A stretch of DNA of 64,000 nt from Actinomycetota bacterium (GCA_046723735.1 JBKOVB010000114.1:8498-72497); one strand, 5' to 3'; positions 49,351-58,640 are shown, counted from the stretch's first letter. The notes: generated from the sequence alone by a model not told the origin. A program made the numbers and translations.

Positions 49351-50414
49351 ATCCGGCCTCCCGCCAGATCGGGCCACTGCCAGTCGGGGTGCTCGCCTGT
49401 CGCCAGGGCCAGCACCCGGCGGCGCCAGGCCGGCAACGCGAACTCCTCTGCAAACTTCGTCGTGTCCGCGCGGGCGGTGTCGCTCACGTGCAGCCGCCAG
49501 GCTGCCTCCGCCACCGCGCCGGGCGTGGCCCCGGCGGCCAGGAGCACGCCGGTGCGCCCGTCCACGATGCTGAAGCCGCTCCCGCCGCACTCGAGCACGA
49601 CGGCGGGGCACCCGTGGGTCGCCGCCTCGAGCACCACCAGGCCCAGACCCTCGAACTCGCCCGCTTCAGTGCGGGGCAGGAACAGCAGCACGTCCGCGTC
49701 GGCGTACAGCCGCTGCTTCACCTCCTCCGGCACACCGCCGTGGATGGCGACCTTGAGCCCCGGCCGCGTGACGCCTGCGGCCCGGGCGCACAGCCGTGCC
49801 AGGTCTGGACCGGGTCCGACGACGTCGAGCCTTGTGGGGATGCTGGTCGCCAGCTCCCGTGCCGCCTCGATCGCCAGGTCGTGCCCCTTGCGAGGGACCG
49901 CGCGGCCGACCGACAGCAGTCGCACCTCGCCGTCCGGACGGGAGCGGCTCGTGACGCCGCGCGCAGGGGAGATGGGAGGGCCGACCAGCTCCGCCCGCGG
50001 GCGCAGGTCCGGCGGCAGCAGCTGCACCGCCAGCGGGCTGACGGCGAGCAAGGCTGCGGCCTCGTGGAGGATCCGGTCCCGTGCCCGTCGCTGGAGGGAC
50101 CCGGCATCGCGCGTCAGCTCCGCGCCGTGCAGCCAGAGCAGGCCCTCCTTCAGCACGCCGGGATGCCGCACCCCTACGAGGGTGTGCGTCTTCCACGTGA
50201 GCGACATCCAGGAGCCGTGCGGCCGCGGGGAGCGCACGACGCCCCCCAGCCCGACGTGCAGCCTCGCCGGGCCTCCCGCGTCCATGAGTGCGGCATGAAC
50301 CTGCCGGGCCACGCCCTCCACGCCCCCGATGTACGCGGACGGGCTGAACACCTGCACCGGGGCCCGCTGAGTGCCAACGGTGGCGTGCACGTGGCGTGGG
50401 GCCGTCGACGTCAC
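49347..50414 (-). CDS. Glycosyltransferase family 4 (GT-B)
   Basis: IGGVEGVARQV near the N-terminus and EGLGLVVLEAATHGCPAVV...GVLL (E-x7-E). There are GTGA overlaps at both ends. Confidence 0.8.
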   Translation of the reverse strand: MTSTAPRHVHATVGTQRAPVQVFSPSAYIGGVEGVARQVHAALMDAGGPARLHVGLGGVVRSPRPHGSWMSLTWKTHTLVGVRHPGVLKEGLLWLHGAELTRDAGSLQRRARDRILHEAAALLAVSPLAVQLLPPDLRPRAELVGPPISPARGVTSRSRPDGEVRLLSVGRAVPRKGHDLAIEAARELATSIPTRLDVVGPGPDLARLCARAAGVTRPGLKVAIHGGVPEEVKQRLYADADVLLFLPRTEAGEFEGLGLVVLEAATHGCPAVVLECGGSGFSIVDGRTGVLLAAGATPGAVAEAAWRLHVSDTARADTTKFAEEFALPAWRRRVLALATGEHPDWQWPDLAGGRM

Positions 50415-51178
50415 TCGTGCACCCTGGTCGCCACCGCGGCCATCGCCCACGAGGGGTGGAGCCCACAGCGGTGCAGCTCGAAGGCGGAGTCGCCCGGGAG
50501 CACGCGACCGGGCAGCGCGCTCGCCGCGCTGCGGTAGCCGGCCTCGGCGACCAGCTCCAGGTCGCGCGGCGTGTAGTCGACGCCCGGGAGCCCGTAGGGC
50601 AACGAGAAGTCCAGGATCGGCATGCCGAGGCGTGCCTCGAGCTCTGCCTTCGAGTCCCGCACCTCCTGGCGGGCAGTGCGCAGGTCCAGGGCGGCAAGGC
50701 GGGCGTGCGTGAGGCTGTGGGAGCCGAGGTGCATGCCATGGTCGGCCAGCCGCGTGCAGTCGCTCCAGGTGAGCTTGTCCTTGCTCTTGCCGGCCACCAC
50801 CTGGCCGGTGGTGATGAAGAACGACGCCGGCACGTTGAGCTCCTGCAGCAGCGACAGAACCTCGCCCACCCACTCCTTGTGGCCGTCGTCAAAGGTGAGG
50901 CAGAAGCGTGGACCACCGAGCGGGTCGTGCGAGGTGGTCGAGTCGAGCGTCTCGTCCCACGTGACGAACCGTCCACGGTCGAGCATCGCCTGGATCTGCC
51001 GCCGCAGGCCTGACGGGTCGTCCACGCCGTGGTACAGAAGGACGAAGATGCCTCCCGTGGTCTCGGGCAGCCGATGCCGCAGCCCGGCAGGGGCGAGGAT
51101 GAACGACTGGAGGCGTGGTCGGGCCCGCAACCAGGCCCGGGTGCGCGGGAGAGCTCCACCCGCGAGGTACGCATTCAT
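50411..51178 (-). CDS. Polysaccharide deacetylase (NodB / CE4 family)
   Basis: LTFDDGH (metal/catalytic motif 1), HSLTH (motif 2) and LPYG. I prefer the ATG at 51178 because the upstream 90 nt of the ORF have poor codon bias and an ATA codon. Confidence 0.8.
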   Translation of the reverse strand: MNAYLAGGALPRTRAWLRARPRLQSFILAPAGLRHRLPETTGGIFVLLYHGVDDPSGLRRQIQAMLDRGRFVTWDETLDSTTSHDPLGGPRFCLTFDDGHKEWVGEVLSLLQELNVPASFFITTGQVVAGKSKDKLTWSDCTRLADHGMHLGSHSLTHARLAALDLRTARQEVRDSKAELEARLGMPILDFSLPYGLPGVDYTPRDLELVAEAGYRSAASALPGRVLPGDSAFELHRCGLHPSWAMAAVATRVHE

Positions 51179-51353
51179 GAACGGATGCTTACCGGGGGAG
51201 GCGATCCGCGGAGCCTGCACGCGAACTAGTGCTCGTTGAGCCGGGTCCCGTACCGCCGCGTGTATCACGGGGGCGAACCGTGCGCTCTTGTCGAGAGCCG
51301 CATGCTTCGGCGCGCGTCACAGACGGTTGCTTTTGGTTCGCGAGAGGGACGAC

Positions 51354-52061
51354 ATGGCGCCTGATGCCGAGGTCCGCATGATCCGGCGACATGCCCCGCT
51401 CGTCGTGGCGTGCCTCGTGGCAGGGGCGTTGACGGCCGCTCTGCTCTCGGCGCGCACGCCGCGTGAGTACCAGTCCGATGTCGGCCTGTTCGTGTCCGCC
51501 ACACGCTCCGCCACCTCGGGCGGGGTCTACGACCGGGCGCGCTTCGCCCAGGAGCGTGTGAAGTCCTACGTCCCGCTCGTGACGAGCCCGTCGGTGATGA
51601 GCGCGGTGATCAAGGACCTCGAGCTCGGCACCACACCGGAGCGGCTGGCCCAGCAGCTCTCGGTCACGGCGTCGCCCGACACCGTCCTGCTCCGCATCGT
51701 CGCGACTGATCGCTCAGCGGCCACCGCCCGCGACATCGCCAACGCGACGGCGGAGGAGTTCGCGCACTTCGCGGTGGCGCTTGAGGGGCGGGACGGGTCC
51801 GTGCCGTCGGTTCAGCTGCGGATCACCAAGCCGGCCGAGCTCAACCGCACCCCCGTACGCCCCCGCACCGCGTACAACCTGGCCCTGGGCGTGTTCTTCG
51901 GCCTCCTCATGGGGCTCGGCCTTGCCGCGCTGCGAGAGCGGTGGAGCCCGACCCCTGCGACCACACCCGAGCCGCAGGACGAGCCGGCGGCAAGCGCCTG
52001 GCCGCCCCACTCCGTCATCGAGCCGCACGTGGCTCGCCGAGCGTCCCACCGGCCGAGCTGA
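51354..52061 (+). CDS. Wzz-like polysaccharide co-polymerase (chain-length determinant), no kinase domain
   Basis: N-terminal TM (LVVACLVAGALTAALL), a Wzz-like segment (YQSDVGLFVS...VLLRIVATDRSAATARDIANATAEEF) and a C-terminal TM (LALGVFFGLLMGLGLAAL). Confidence 0.65.
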   Translation: MAPDAEVRMIRRHAPLVVACLVAGALTAALLSARTPREYQSDVGLFVSATRSATSGGVYDRARFAQERVKSYVPLVTSPSVMSAVIKDLELGTTPERLAQQLSVTASPDTVLLRIVATDRSAATARDIANATAEEFAHFAVALEGRDGSVPSVQLRITKPAELNRTPVRPRTAYNLALGVFFGLLMGLGLAALRERWSPTPATTPEPQDEPAASAWPPHSVIEPHVARRASHRPS

Positions 52062-52103
52062 CCAGCCGGGGTCGACCAGCCGTCGACGGATCGAAGGAGG
52101 ACC

Positions 52104-53090
52104 ATGGGGCAGACGGCCGGAAGAGTGCTGGTGGTCGGCCCCTCGAAGGTCGGCGACATGGCGTGGTTCCTCGCCCTGGCCTACCGACGGCTGGGATGGC
52201 AGGTCTCGTTGCTCGACGACCGGGCATACGTCAGCCGAGGGATCCCGGGAACCGTCGGCAAGGCGCTCTGGATCCTCGAACGGGACCACCGCATCACCCA
52301 CCGTACGCGCAGCCTCGGTGAGATCCTGCGGCGACGGGCGCGCGGGTGCGACCACGTGATCACGGTGAAGGGCGAGTACTTCAACCCGGAGGACGTCGCC
52401 GCGGTTTCCGCCTCCGTGCCGTTCGTGAACTGGCACCCGGACCACCCGGTGCTGGACCAGGCGTACGTCTGCATCCCGCACTACACCGCTTTCTGCCCGA
52501 AGGACAGCTGGAGCACGCAACGGCTGCGGGCCATGGGGTTTCTCAACGTCACGACCCTGCCGCACGCCTCTGACCCGCAGGTGCTCTACGGCCGTCGCGA
52601 GGAGCCGGCGGAGCCGTCCTGCTCCGTGGTCGCTGGCATGTACCCCTACCGGCGGCACTGGGTGGAGCAGGCGCGCGCCCTCGGCCTGCGTGTCGAGATG
52701 TGGGGCAGCACGTTGGGTGAGGAGCTGCCTGCTGTGACGGCCCGGGCCAAGCAGGCCGTCGGGCCGGAACAGGGCAGGGCGCTGCGGACCGGCTGCTTCA
52801 CGTTGAACACGCACGCACCCAAGGACGTGGCGGGCGGCAACCAGCGGGTCTTCGACGCCGCCGCCGCGGGTGCACCCCAGCTCACCGAGCGCCTTCCCGA
52901 GAGCCTGCGGCACTTCGAGCCGGACACGGAGATCGCGGTCTTCGAGGACCGTGAAGAGTTCGAGAGCCAGGTGAAGGAGCTTGTGGCGAGCCCCGCGCTG
53001 CGGGACCGCCTCGCCCGCAACAGCCACGAACGGCTGCGCGCGGAGCACACCTACGAGCACCGCATACACACCATCCTCGGCCTGCTGTGA
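52104..53090 (+). CDS. CgeB-family glycosyltransferase-like protein
   Basis: A GAAGGAGGA SD is present. The C-terminal region (NQRVFDAAAAGAPQLTE...EIAVFEDREEFESQVKELVASPALRDRLARNSHERLRAEHTYEHRI) is typical of CgeB/Glyco_trans_1_2 proteins. Confidence 0.6.
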   Translation: MGQTAGRVLVVGPSKVGDMAWFLALAYRRLGWQVSLLDDRAYVSRGIPGTVGKALWILERDHRITHRTRSLGEILRRRARGCDHVITVKGEYFNPEDVAAVSASVPFVNWHPDHPVLDQAYVCIPHYTAFCPKDSWSTQRLRAMGFLNVTTLPHASDPQVLYGRREEPAEPSCSVVAGMYPYRRHWVEQARALGLRVEMWGSTLGEELPAVTARAKQAVGPEQGRALRTGCFTLNTHAPKDVAGGNQRVFDAAAAGAPQLTERLPESLRHFEPDTEIAVFEDREEFESQVKELVASPALRDRLARNSHERLRAEHTYEHRIHTILGLL

Positions 53091-53094
53091 GCGG

Positions 53095-54207
53095 GTGCCC
53101 GTCGCCGTGCTGACCTGGGAACGTCTGTCCCTCGACGACGTCGACTGGGCGCGCCTGGACGCGCTGCCCGACCGCGTGCTCTTCCAGACACGTGCATGGC
53201 TCGAGTTCCTGGCGGACACCCAGGGGGGCGAACCGGTCGTCGCGGTGCTGCGTGACGGCCAGGAGGAACGCGGCTGGTTCACCGGCCTCGTCACCTCGCG
53301 CCTGGGCATGCGTCTGCTCGGGGCGCCGCTGCCCGGCTGGACGACCCAGTACATGGGTTTCAACCTGCTGCCGGGCAGCTCGCGAGGCGAAGCGCTGGCG
53401 GGGCTGGCCCGGTTCGCCTTCGGCGACCTGCGGTGCGTCCATGCGGAGGTGTGCGACCGGTACGCCGGGCCGGCGGACCTCCAGCCGCTGGCGGGCCCCT
53501 GCGACGAAATCCTGACGTACTCCGTGGACCTCCGGCCGGAGGAGGACGAGATCCGCAGGCGCATGACGAGTGGCACGCGACAGAACATGCGCAAGGCGGA
53601 ACGGGTCGGGCTCACGGTGGAGGATGCCGAGCCCGAGGGCTTCGCGGCCGAGTACTACGCGCAGCTCGAGGACGTCTTCGCCAAGCAGCGGCTCGTCCCG
53701 ACGTACTCGCAGCAGCGGGTCGAGGCGCTCATCCGCCACGTCCACCCGACGGGCAACCTGCAGCTGATCCGGGTGCGGGCGGCGGACGGGACCTCGATCG
53801 CCACCGCGCTGGTCGCGGGTCTGGGTCCGGCTGCGTACTTCTGGGGCGGGGCGAGCTGGCGGCAGCACCAGCACCTGCGGCCCAACGAGCTGCTCTTCTG
53901 GCACGCCTTCACGACCTGGAAGGCTCGCGGCGCCGAGGAGTTCGACTTCGGCGGCGGCGGCGACTACAAGCGCAAGTACGGCGCGTGCGAGCTTGTCGTG
54001 CCGCACGCCCGGCTGTCGCGGTGGCGGGTGCTCGAGCACCTCCGTGACGCCGCCAAGCACGCGGTCAAGGTGCGGCAGCAGGCAGCAGGCGCGGTACGCC
54101 GGGCGGTCGGCCCGGGGGCTCCGGACGCGCCAAGGCGGCGCGACCGGGAGGTCACGCCGCCTTGGCGTCGTTCAGGTGCGGGGGAGGGTCAGCGACCGCC
54201 CTCGTAA
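53095..54207 (+). CDS. FemAB-like / GNAT-fold (Acetyltransf_6) aminoacyl- or peptidyl-transferase-like protein
   Basis: FQTRAWLEFL at the N-terminus, then RQNMRKAERVGL and YFWGGASWRQHQHLRPNELLFWHAFTTWKARGAEEFDFGG, as in FemX/CelD-like proteins. It starts 4 nt after the CgeB-like stop. Confidence 0.6.
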   Translation: MPVAVLTWERLSLDDVDWARLDALPDRVLFQTRAWLEFLADTQGGEPVVAVLRDGQEERGWFTGLVTSRLGMRLLGAPLPGWTTQYMGFNLLPGSSRGEALAGLARFAFGDLRCVHAEVCDRYAGPADLQPLAGPCDEILTYSVDLRPEEDEIRRRMTSGTRQNMRKAERVGLTVEDAEPEGFAAEYYAQLEDVFAKQRLVPTYSQQRVEALIRHVHPTGNLQLIRVRAADGTSIATALVAGLGPAAYFWGGASWRQHQHLRPNELLFWHAFTTWKARGAEEFDFGGGGDYKRKYGACELVVPHARLSRWRVLEHLRDAAKHAVKVRQQAAGAVRRAVGPGAPDAPRRRDREVTPPWRRSGAGEGQRPPS

Positions 54208-55895
54208 GCACCGATGTCGAACGTCGAACCCTGCGGACGACCCACGAGGTCGAGGTCGTACGAAGGAGCCTGCTGGCTCGTGCCCTTGTCGATCACCGGG
54301 CTCGTCGTCTTGACGTGGTAGTCGCCGCCCGAGTAGTTGACGAACTGCGGGTCTGCCGTCACGGTGCCGGTCGGGACGCCGCCGCCGCTGAGCGAGTAGG
54401 CGCCAGAGGCGTTGCCGTAGAGCAGGTTGTTGGCGTAGGTGTTCACGCCGACCCGGCCCATCTCACGGATGCCCCAGTAGCCGTTGTTGACCACGACGTT
54501 GTTCGTCACGACGGTGCCCGAGTCGATGCCCGGCGCGATGTCGTTGCCCTCCAGCGAGCCACCGATCACCATGCCGCCCTGCGTGTTGCGGAAGACGGTG
54601 TTGTTGGCGATGTACACGTGGTTCGCGTTGTGCCAGAGGTGGATGCCCCAGCCGCTCGTGTCGTAGACGAGGTTGTTGAGGATCCGACCGCCGTACGGGC
54701 CCTGGTAGTAGATGCCGTGGATGAGACCGCAGCTGCTCACCGGAGCCTTGATGTTGTGGATGACGTTGCCGATCGAGTCGACGTTGGTCTCCGAGTAGTT
54801 CTGCAGCTCGATGCCGGCACCACCGCGCGAGCAGTCCGGCGGAGCCATGTCGTGGATGTGGTTGCCCAGGAAGCGGTCGTTGGAGGCCGTCGACATGATG
54901 CCGCTGTACTTCGAGCCGGTGATGTCGAAGTTCTGGATCACGACCCACTGGCCGGTGTTGGTCCAGGCGTTGGTGCTGCCCGGCGCGTAGATCTTCGCAC
55001 CCCACTTGCTGTCGGAGACGAAGGTGATCGGAGCGCTCTGTGTGCCGCTGTTGACGGACTCGACGTACCCGTAGGTGCCGGGCCCGACATGCACGATGGT
55101 GCCGGCGGTGGCCACGCTGGCCGCCTTGCTGACCTGACGGAACGGCGCGCTGCTCGTGCCGGGGTTGCTGTCGCTGCCGGAAGCCGAGACGTACAGGTTC
55201 TTCGTCCCGACGAGCGGCCACGGGTCGGTGCTCGTCGGCGCGCTCGGTGACGTGGTCGGGCTCGCGGAGGGCGACGGCGACGCGGTCGGGCTGGTGGTCG
55301 GGCTGGCCGTGGGGCTCGCCGTCGGGCTGCTCGTGGGCGTGCTGCTCCCCTTGCGGGCCACGACCTCGATGCCCTTCACCATCGCGTTGTTGACGCTGGC
55401 GCTGAAGCCCAGGTCGACGTTGCTGTCGCCGGACTTCACCGTGAAGGTCACGTCGTACGCCGTGTCGGCGCCGACCACCTTCACCAGGTCGAGGTTGGAC
55501 ACGACCGTGTTGCCCTCGGCCGTGGCGGAGAAGACGCGCTGGCCGGCCGTGGTCGCCCACGTCTCGGCCATCCGCAGCGTGACGTCGTAGAAGCCCGCGG
55601 CAGGGACCGGGATCTTGTAGCCGGACATGCCGTAGCGCTCGGTGGCGTAGGCCGTGGGGTTGTCCGTGTTGGCGATCGTGTGCGTGTTCGCCGCCGCGGC
55701 ACCACCGATGAAGTACTGGTCGGCGATCCACGTCTGGCCGGACGGGTCGGTGTAGCCGGCACCGCCGGCGTTGATGTGGACGCTCCAGGGCGTCGTGGTG
55801 GCCGCGTTGGCCAGGGTCAAGGGGAGGGCGGCCGCTGCCGCCGCGAGAGCCACCGGGAGGGCGACCAGAGCGGTTTTCTTCTTGGTGCACCGCAT
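54189..55895 (-). CDS. Secreted malectin-like carbohydrate-binding domain, Pro/Thr/Ser linker and right-handed beta-helix (polysaccharide lyase/hydrolase-like)
   Basis: Signal peptide (ALPLTLANA), a malectin-like region (INAGGAGYTDPSGQTWIADQYF), a PT/S linker and beta-helix repeats rich in N/G/I/V (NNTVFRN, TNNVVVNN). An AGGAGA SD is present. Confidence 0.7.
   Translation of the reverse strand: MRCTKKKTALVALPVALAAAAAALPLTLANAATTTPWSVHINAGGAGYTDPSGQTWIADQYFIGGAAAANTHTIANTDNPTAYATERYGMSGYKIPVPAAGFYDVTLRMAETWATTAGQRVFSATAEGNTVVSNLDLVKVVGADTAYDVTFTVKSGDSNVDLGFSASVNNAMVKGIEVVARKGSSTPTSSPTASPTASPTTSPTASPSPSASPTTSPSAPTSTDPWPLVGTKNLYVSASGSDSNPGTSSAPFRQVSKAASVATAGTIVHVGPGTYGYVESVNSGTQSAPITFVSDSKWGAKIYAPGSTNAWTNTGQWVVIQNFDITGSKYSGIMSTASNDRFLGNHIHDMAPPDCSRGGAGIELQNYSETNVDSIGNVIHNIKAPVSSCGLIHGIYYQGPYGGRILNNLVYDTSGWGIHLWHNANHVYIANNTVFRNTQGGMVIGGSLEGNDIAPGIDSGTVVTNNVVVNNGYWGIREMGRVGVNTYANNLLYGNASGAYSLSGGGVPTGTVTADPQFVNYSGGDYHVKTTSPVIDKGTSQQAPSYDLDLVGRPQGSTFDIGAYEGGR
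55224..55349 (-). repeat. Low-complexity tandem coding repeat (S/T-P-T-A-S-P linker)
   Basis: It encodes SSTPTSSPTASPTASPTTSPTASPSPSASPTTSPSAPTS. The DNA shows reiterated GGTCGGGCT-like units. Confidence 0.8.
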
Positions 55896-55969
55896 GGCGA
55901 AGCTGTCTCCTGAGGGGGGTCGGAGCTATGACCCCCTGTGCTTCGACCAGGTCCCGGAAGCGCTTGACT

Positions 55970-55978
55970 ACGTATCAG
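55970..55978 (-). promoter_or_regulatory. Copy 2 of the recurring 9-mer CTGATACGT (minus strand)
   Basis: The plus strand reads ACGTATCAG. It lies 75 nt upstream of the ATG (55895) of the malectin/beta-helix gene and is oriented toward it. Confidence 0.4.
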
Positions 55979-56066
55979 GAGTGGCACGTCACACTGCGTT
56001 GTCAGGTCGCCCCGGCGCATGCGCGTTCGTCCCAAATACAGTTGCGCGCAAGGGGATGAAGCGGCC

Positions 56067-57305
56067 TCAGCCGTCAACGGCGCTTGCGCGCTTCGTCCCC
56101 TCTGCGACGTCGGCGGCCGTTGCCGGTCGAGTCCGACGTAGCAGGACGTAGCCGACGACGGCGGCCAGCCCCTCGGCGGCGAGCAGGACGACCGGCATCA
56201 CCCAGGAGCGCGCCACAGCGAGCCCCGTCACGGCCGCGCCGATCACCAGGACGGGTGCAAGCATGTTCACGACGATGCGCTGCTTGTCCCGGTACCCGAC
56301 GATGAGGCCGATCTCGACCACGTACTTGGGCCCCCACACCGCGAGCAGCAGGGCACCGAGCGCGGCGTATCCGGCTGCCCCCGTGTAGCTGGGACCGACC
56401 AGCGGCGCGAGCACCGGTTGCCACAGCAGCACCCCTGCACCCACGCCGAGGAGGCCGGGCAGCGACGCGCCGAGCACGACCCGCCCCGACATGGGACGGG
56501 CCCGGGCGAGCAACGGGGGGAGGGCGTTCTGCAGGAGCAGCCACAACGCGTTCGCGGCGGCGGCGGCGGCCCGCATGCCGAGGGCGAACGCACCCGCCGC
56601 CTGCGTGCTGCCGGTGCTGGTCATCGTCGCGAGCGCAAGAGGTACGGCGACCTGTCCCCCGACCCCGGCTGCCCCGAACAGCAGAGAGGTCTGCAGGTGA
56701 CCTTTCCAGGCGCGCCAGGAAGCCACCCAGCGAGGAACTCCGCTCGTCCGGCTCAGGACCAGCATCGCCACCGCCGCGCCCGCGAGCGGCGAGAGCCCGA
56801 AGGCGAGCGCGTAGACCACGGGCTCGGACGGCGGGACGACCACCCACACCGTGAGGCAGCACAGGACGACGGCCCAGTTCGCCGCGCCGAGCTGCACGAG
56901 CTGCCCCCGTGCGCGCAGCCACCAGTCGGGGAACACGGCGTACGCGACGAGGTAGGGGCTCATCGCCAGCAGGAGCCTGCCGTTCTGGGTCGAGCCGGCT
57001 CCGGTGACCAGGAGCAGCAGGACCAGCACGGCGCTCACCGCGACCGCGAGTGCGAGGTACAGGCTGAAGATCTCGCTGCCCAGCCGGCGCTGCTCGGAGC
57101 CGGCGCTCGCTGCGAGGGTCCTGATCGAGTAGCCGGCCTGTCCGAGGTCGACAGCCCACCAGGCGTAGCCGATCCAGCTCAGGGCTACCGCGAAGTACGC
57201 GAACGAGGAGGCGCCGAGCTTGCGCGCGACGAGGACGACGGCCAGGAAGGCGACGAGCTTGGGCAGCCAGTCGGAGACCACCGTCAGCAGCAAGGTCCGG
57301 CGCAA
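56067..57305 (-). CDS. Wzx-type (MOP superfamily) polysaccharide flippase
   Basis: About 12 TM helices with a polysaccharide-biosynthesis-protein N-terminus (LVAFLAVVLVARKLGASSFAYFAVALSW). The proposed TTG start at 57305 has a GAGGA SD 4 nt upstream, but the start is uncertain. Confidence 0.65.
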   Translation of the reverse strand: MRRTLLLTVVSDWLPKLVAFLAVVLVARKLGASSFAYFAVALSWIGYAWWAVDLGQAGYSIRTLAASAGSEQRRLGSEIFSLYLALAVAVSAVLVLLLLVTGAGSTQNGRLLLAMSPYLVAYAVFPDWWLRARGQLVQLGAANWAVVLCCLTVWVVVPPSEPVVYALAFGLSPLAGAAVAMLVLSRTSGVPRWVASWRAWKGHLQTSLLFGAAGVGGQVAVPLALATMTSTGSTQAAGAFALGMRAAAAAANALWLLLQNALPPLLARARPMSGRVVLGASLPGLLGVGAGVLLWQPVLAPLVGPSYTGAAGYAALGALLLAVWGPKYVVEIGLIVGYRDKQRIVVNMLAPVLVIGAAVTGLAVARSWVMPVVLLAAEGLAAVVGYVLLRRTRPATAADVAEGTKRASAVDG

Positions 57306-57360
57306 CGGTTCCTCAGCTCCCTCGGGGGCGTCGTACGAAGAGGAATCCGGGTCGCGTCGC

Positions 57361-57369
57361 CTGATACGT
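57361..57369 (+). promoter_or_regulatory. Copy 3 of the recurring 9-mer CTGATACGT
   Basis: It lies in the divergent region between the Wzx gene and the ATP-grasp gene, 87 nt upstream of the ATP-grasp GTG. It shares the 10-mer CTGATACGTC with copy 1. Confidence 0.4.
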
Positions 57370-57455
57370 CCCCGGCTGAGCCATGTGTATCTATAGCGCG
57401 ACCAGGTGCTCTGCAGGTAAGCACGGCCCTGTTGCGCGGCCGGGAGAGGGGCGAG

Positions 57456-58640
57456 GTGAGCAGCGCTCCTGCCCTCCGGCGCCAACGGAGCAGGCCCGCG
57501 GAGCGGGTGCAACGTGCCCTGCTGCTCGGCGACAGCATGGACATGGCCCATGCGCTCTGGGCCGCCGGTGCGCTGACGACGGTCATCGGGGGCAAGCATG
57601 CCCCCGCCCGCTACTCCAGGCACGGTTTTGCCTGGCTTCCTGACCCGCGGCCCCGCGACGAGGACCTTGTCCGGATGCTTCGTGAGCTGGGGTCCACGAC
57701 CAGCCCGCCCGCCCTGTTCTACGAGACCGACCGCGACCTGCTGTTCGTGTCCCGCAACCGCGAGGCGCTGGGCGTCGGCCTCGCCATGCTGCTGCCACCT
57801 CCGGGTCTCGTGGAGCAGCTGGTCTCCAAGGGCGCCTTCGCCGCGCTTTCCCGACAGCTCGACCTCCCGGTCCCGCAGAGCTGGAGCGTGAACACGACGG
57901 AGTCGGACCCTCTGCCCGAGGGGCCCTACCCGTTGCTCGTGAAGCCGATGGTGCGTGACACGCGGTGGGACCTGGTGGCCCGTGGCAAGGCCGTCGTCGT
58001 CCAGCGGCCGAAGGAACTTGCCCGGCTCATCGAGTCCCTCGCCGAGACCCACGCCGAGGTCGTCGTGCAGGCCTACGTTCCGGGCGAGGAGACCAGGGTC
58101 GAGAGCTACCACGTGTACGTCGACAGCGACGGCGAGGTCGCGGCGGAGTTCACCGGGTGCAAGATCCGGACGCTCCCGCTCGCGAACGGCTATTCCACCG
58201 CGCTGGTGACGACCTGCGAGACCGATGTCCGCGACGTCGGACGCTCCGTCGTAGACGCGCTCGGGCTCGTGGGGGTTGCCAAGCTCGACTTCAAGCGCGA
58301 CCCGCAGGGCAGGCTCTGGCTGCTGGAGGTGAACCCCCGCTTCAACCTATGGCACCACCTGGGCGCCGCGGCGGGTGTGAACATCCCGGCCTTCGTCCTG
58401 GCGGACCTGGCGCGCTCCGAGCGACCCGCTGCTGCCGTGGCCCGACCGGGTGTGTCGTGGTGCAACGTCCCCCGCGACCTCGTGGCCGCCCGGGCCAGCG
58501 GACTCGGGGTCGTCGAGTGGTGGCGCTGGGCGCGCACGTGCGAAGCGGTCACCGGGCTCGAGCTGACCGATCCGCTGCCCTTCTTCCTCGGCAAGCTGCT
58601 GCCATGGGGTGCCGCGCACCTCCACTGGTCGGGGTTCTGA
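57456..58640 (+). CDS. ATP-grasp domain protein (carboxylate-amine ligase-like)
   Basis: LLVKPMVRD...VVVQAYVPGEETRVESYHVYVD...AKLDFKRDPQGRLWLLEVNPRFNLWHHL, an ATP-grasp core with an E-x-N Mg site. The GTG start at 57456 is inferred. Confidence 0.75.
   Translation: MSSAPALRRQRSRPAERVQRALLLGDSMDMAHALWAAGALTTVIGGKHAPARYSRHGFAWLPDPRPRDEDLVRMLRELGSTTSPPALFYETDRDLLFVSRNREALGVGLAMLLPPPGLVEQLVSKGAFAALSRQLDLPVPQSWSVNTTESDPLPEGPYPLLVKPMVRDTRWDLVARGKAVVVQRPKELARLIESLAETHAEVVVQAYVPGEETRVESYHVYVDSDGEVAAEFTGCKIRTLPLANGYSTALVTTCETDVRDVGRSVVDALGLVGVAKLDFKRDPQGRLWLLEVNPRFNLWHHLGAAAGVNIPAFVLADLARSERPAAAVARPGVSWCNVPRDLVAARASGLGVVEWWRWARTCEAVTGLELTDPLPFFLGKLLPWGAAHLHWSGF

Noticed and set aside
51179-51268. A longer N-terminus for the polysaccharide deacetylase, starting at the GTG at 51268.
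   Set aside because: These 30 codons have many A/T-ending codons, including a rare ATA as the second codon. This fits non-coding promoter DNA, so I prefer the ATG at 51178.
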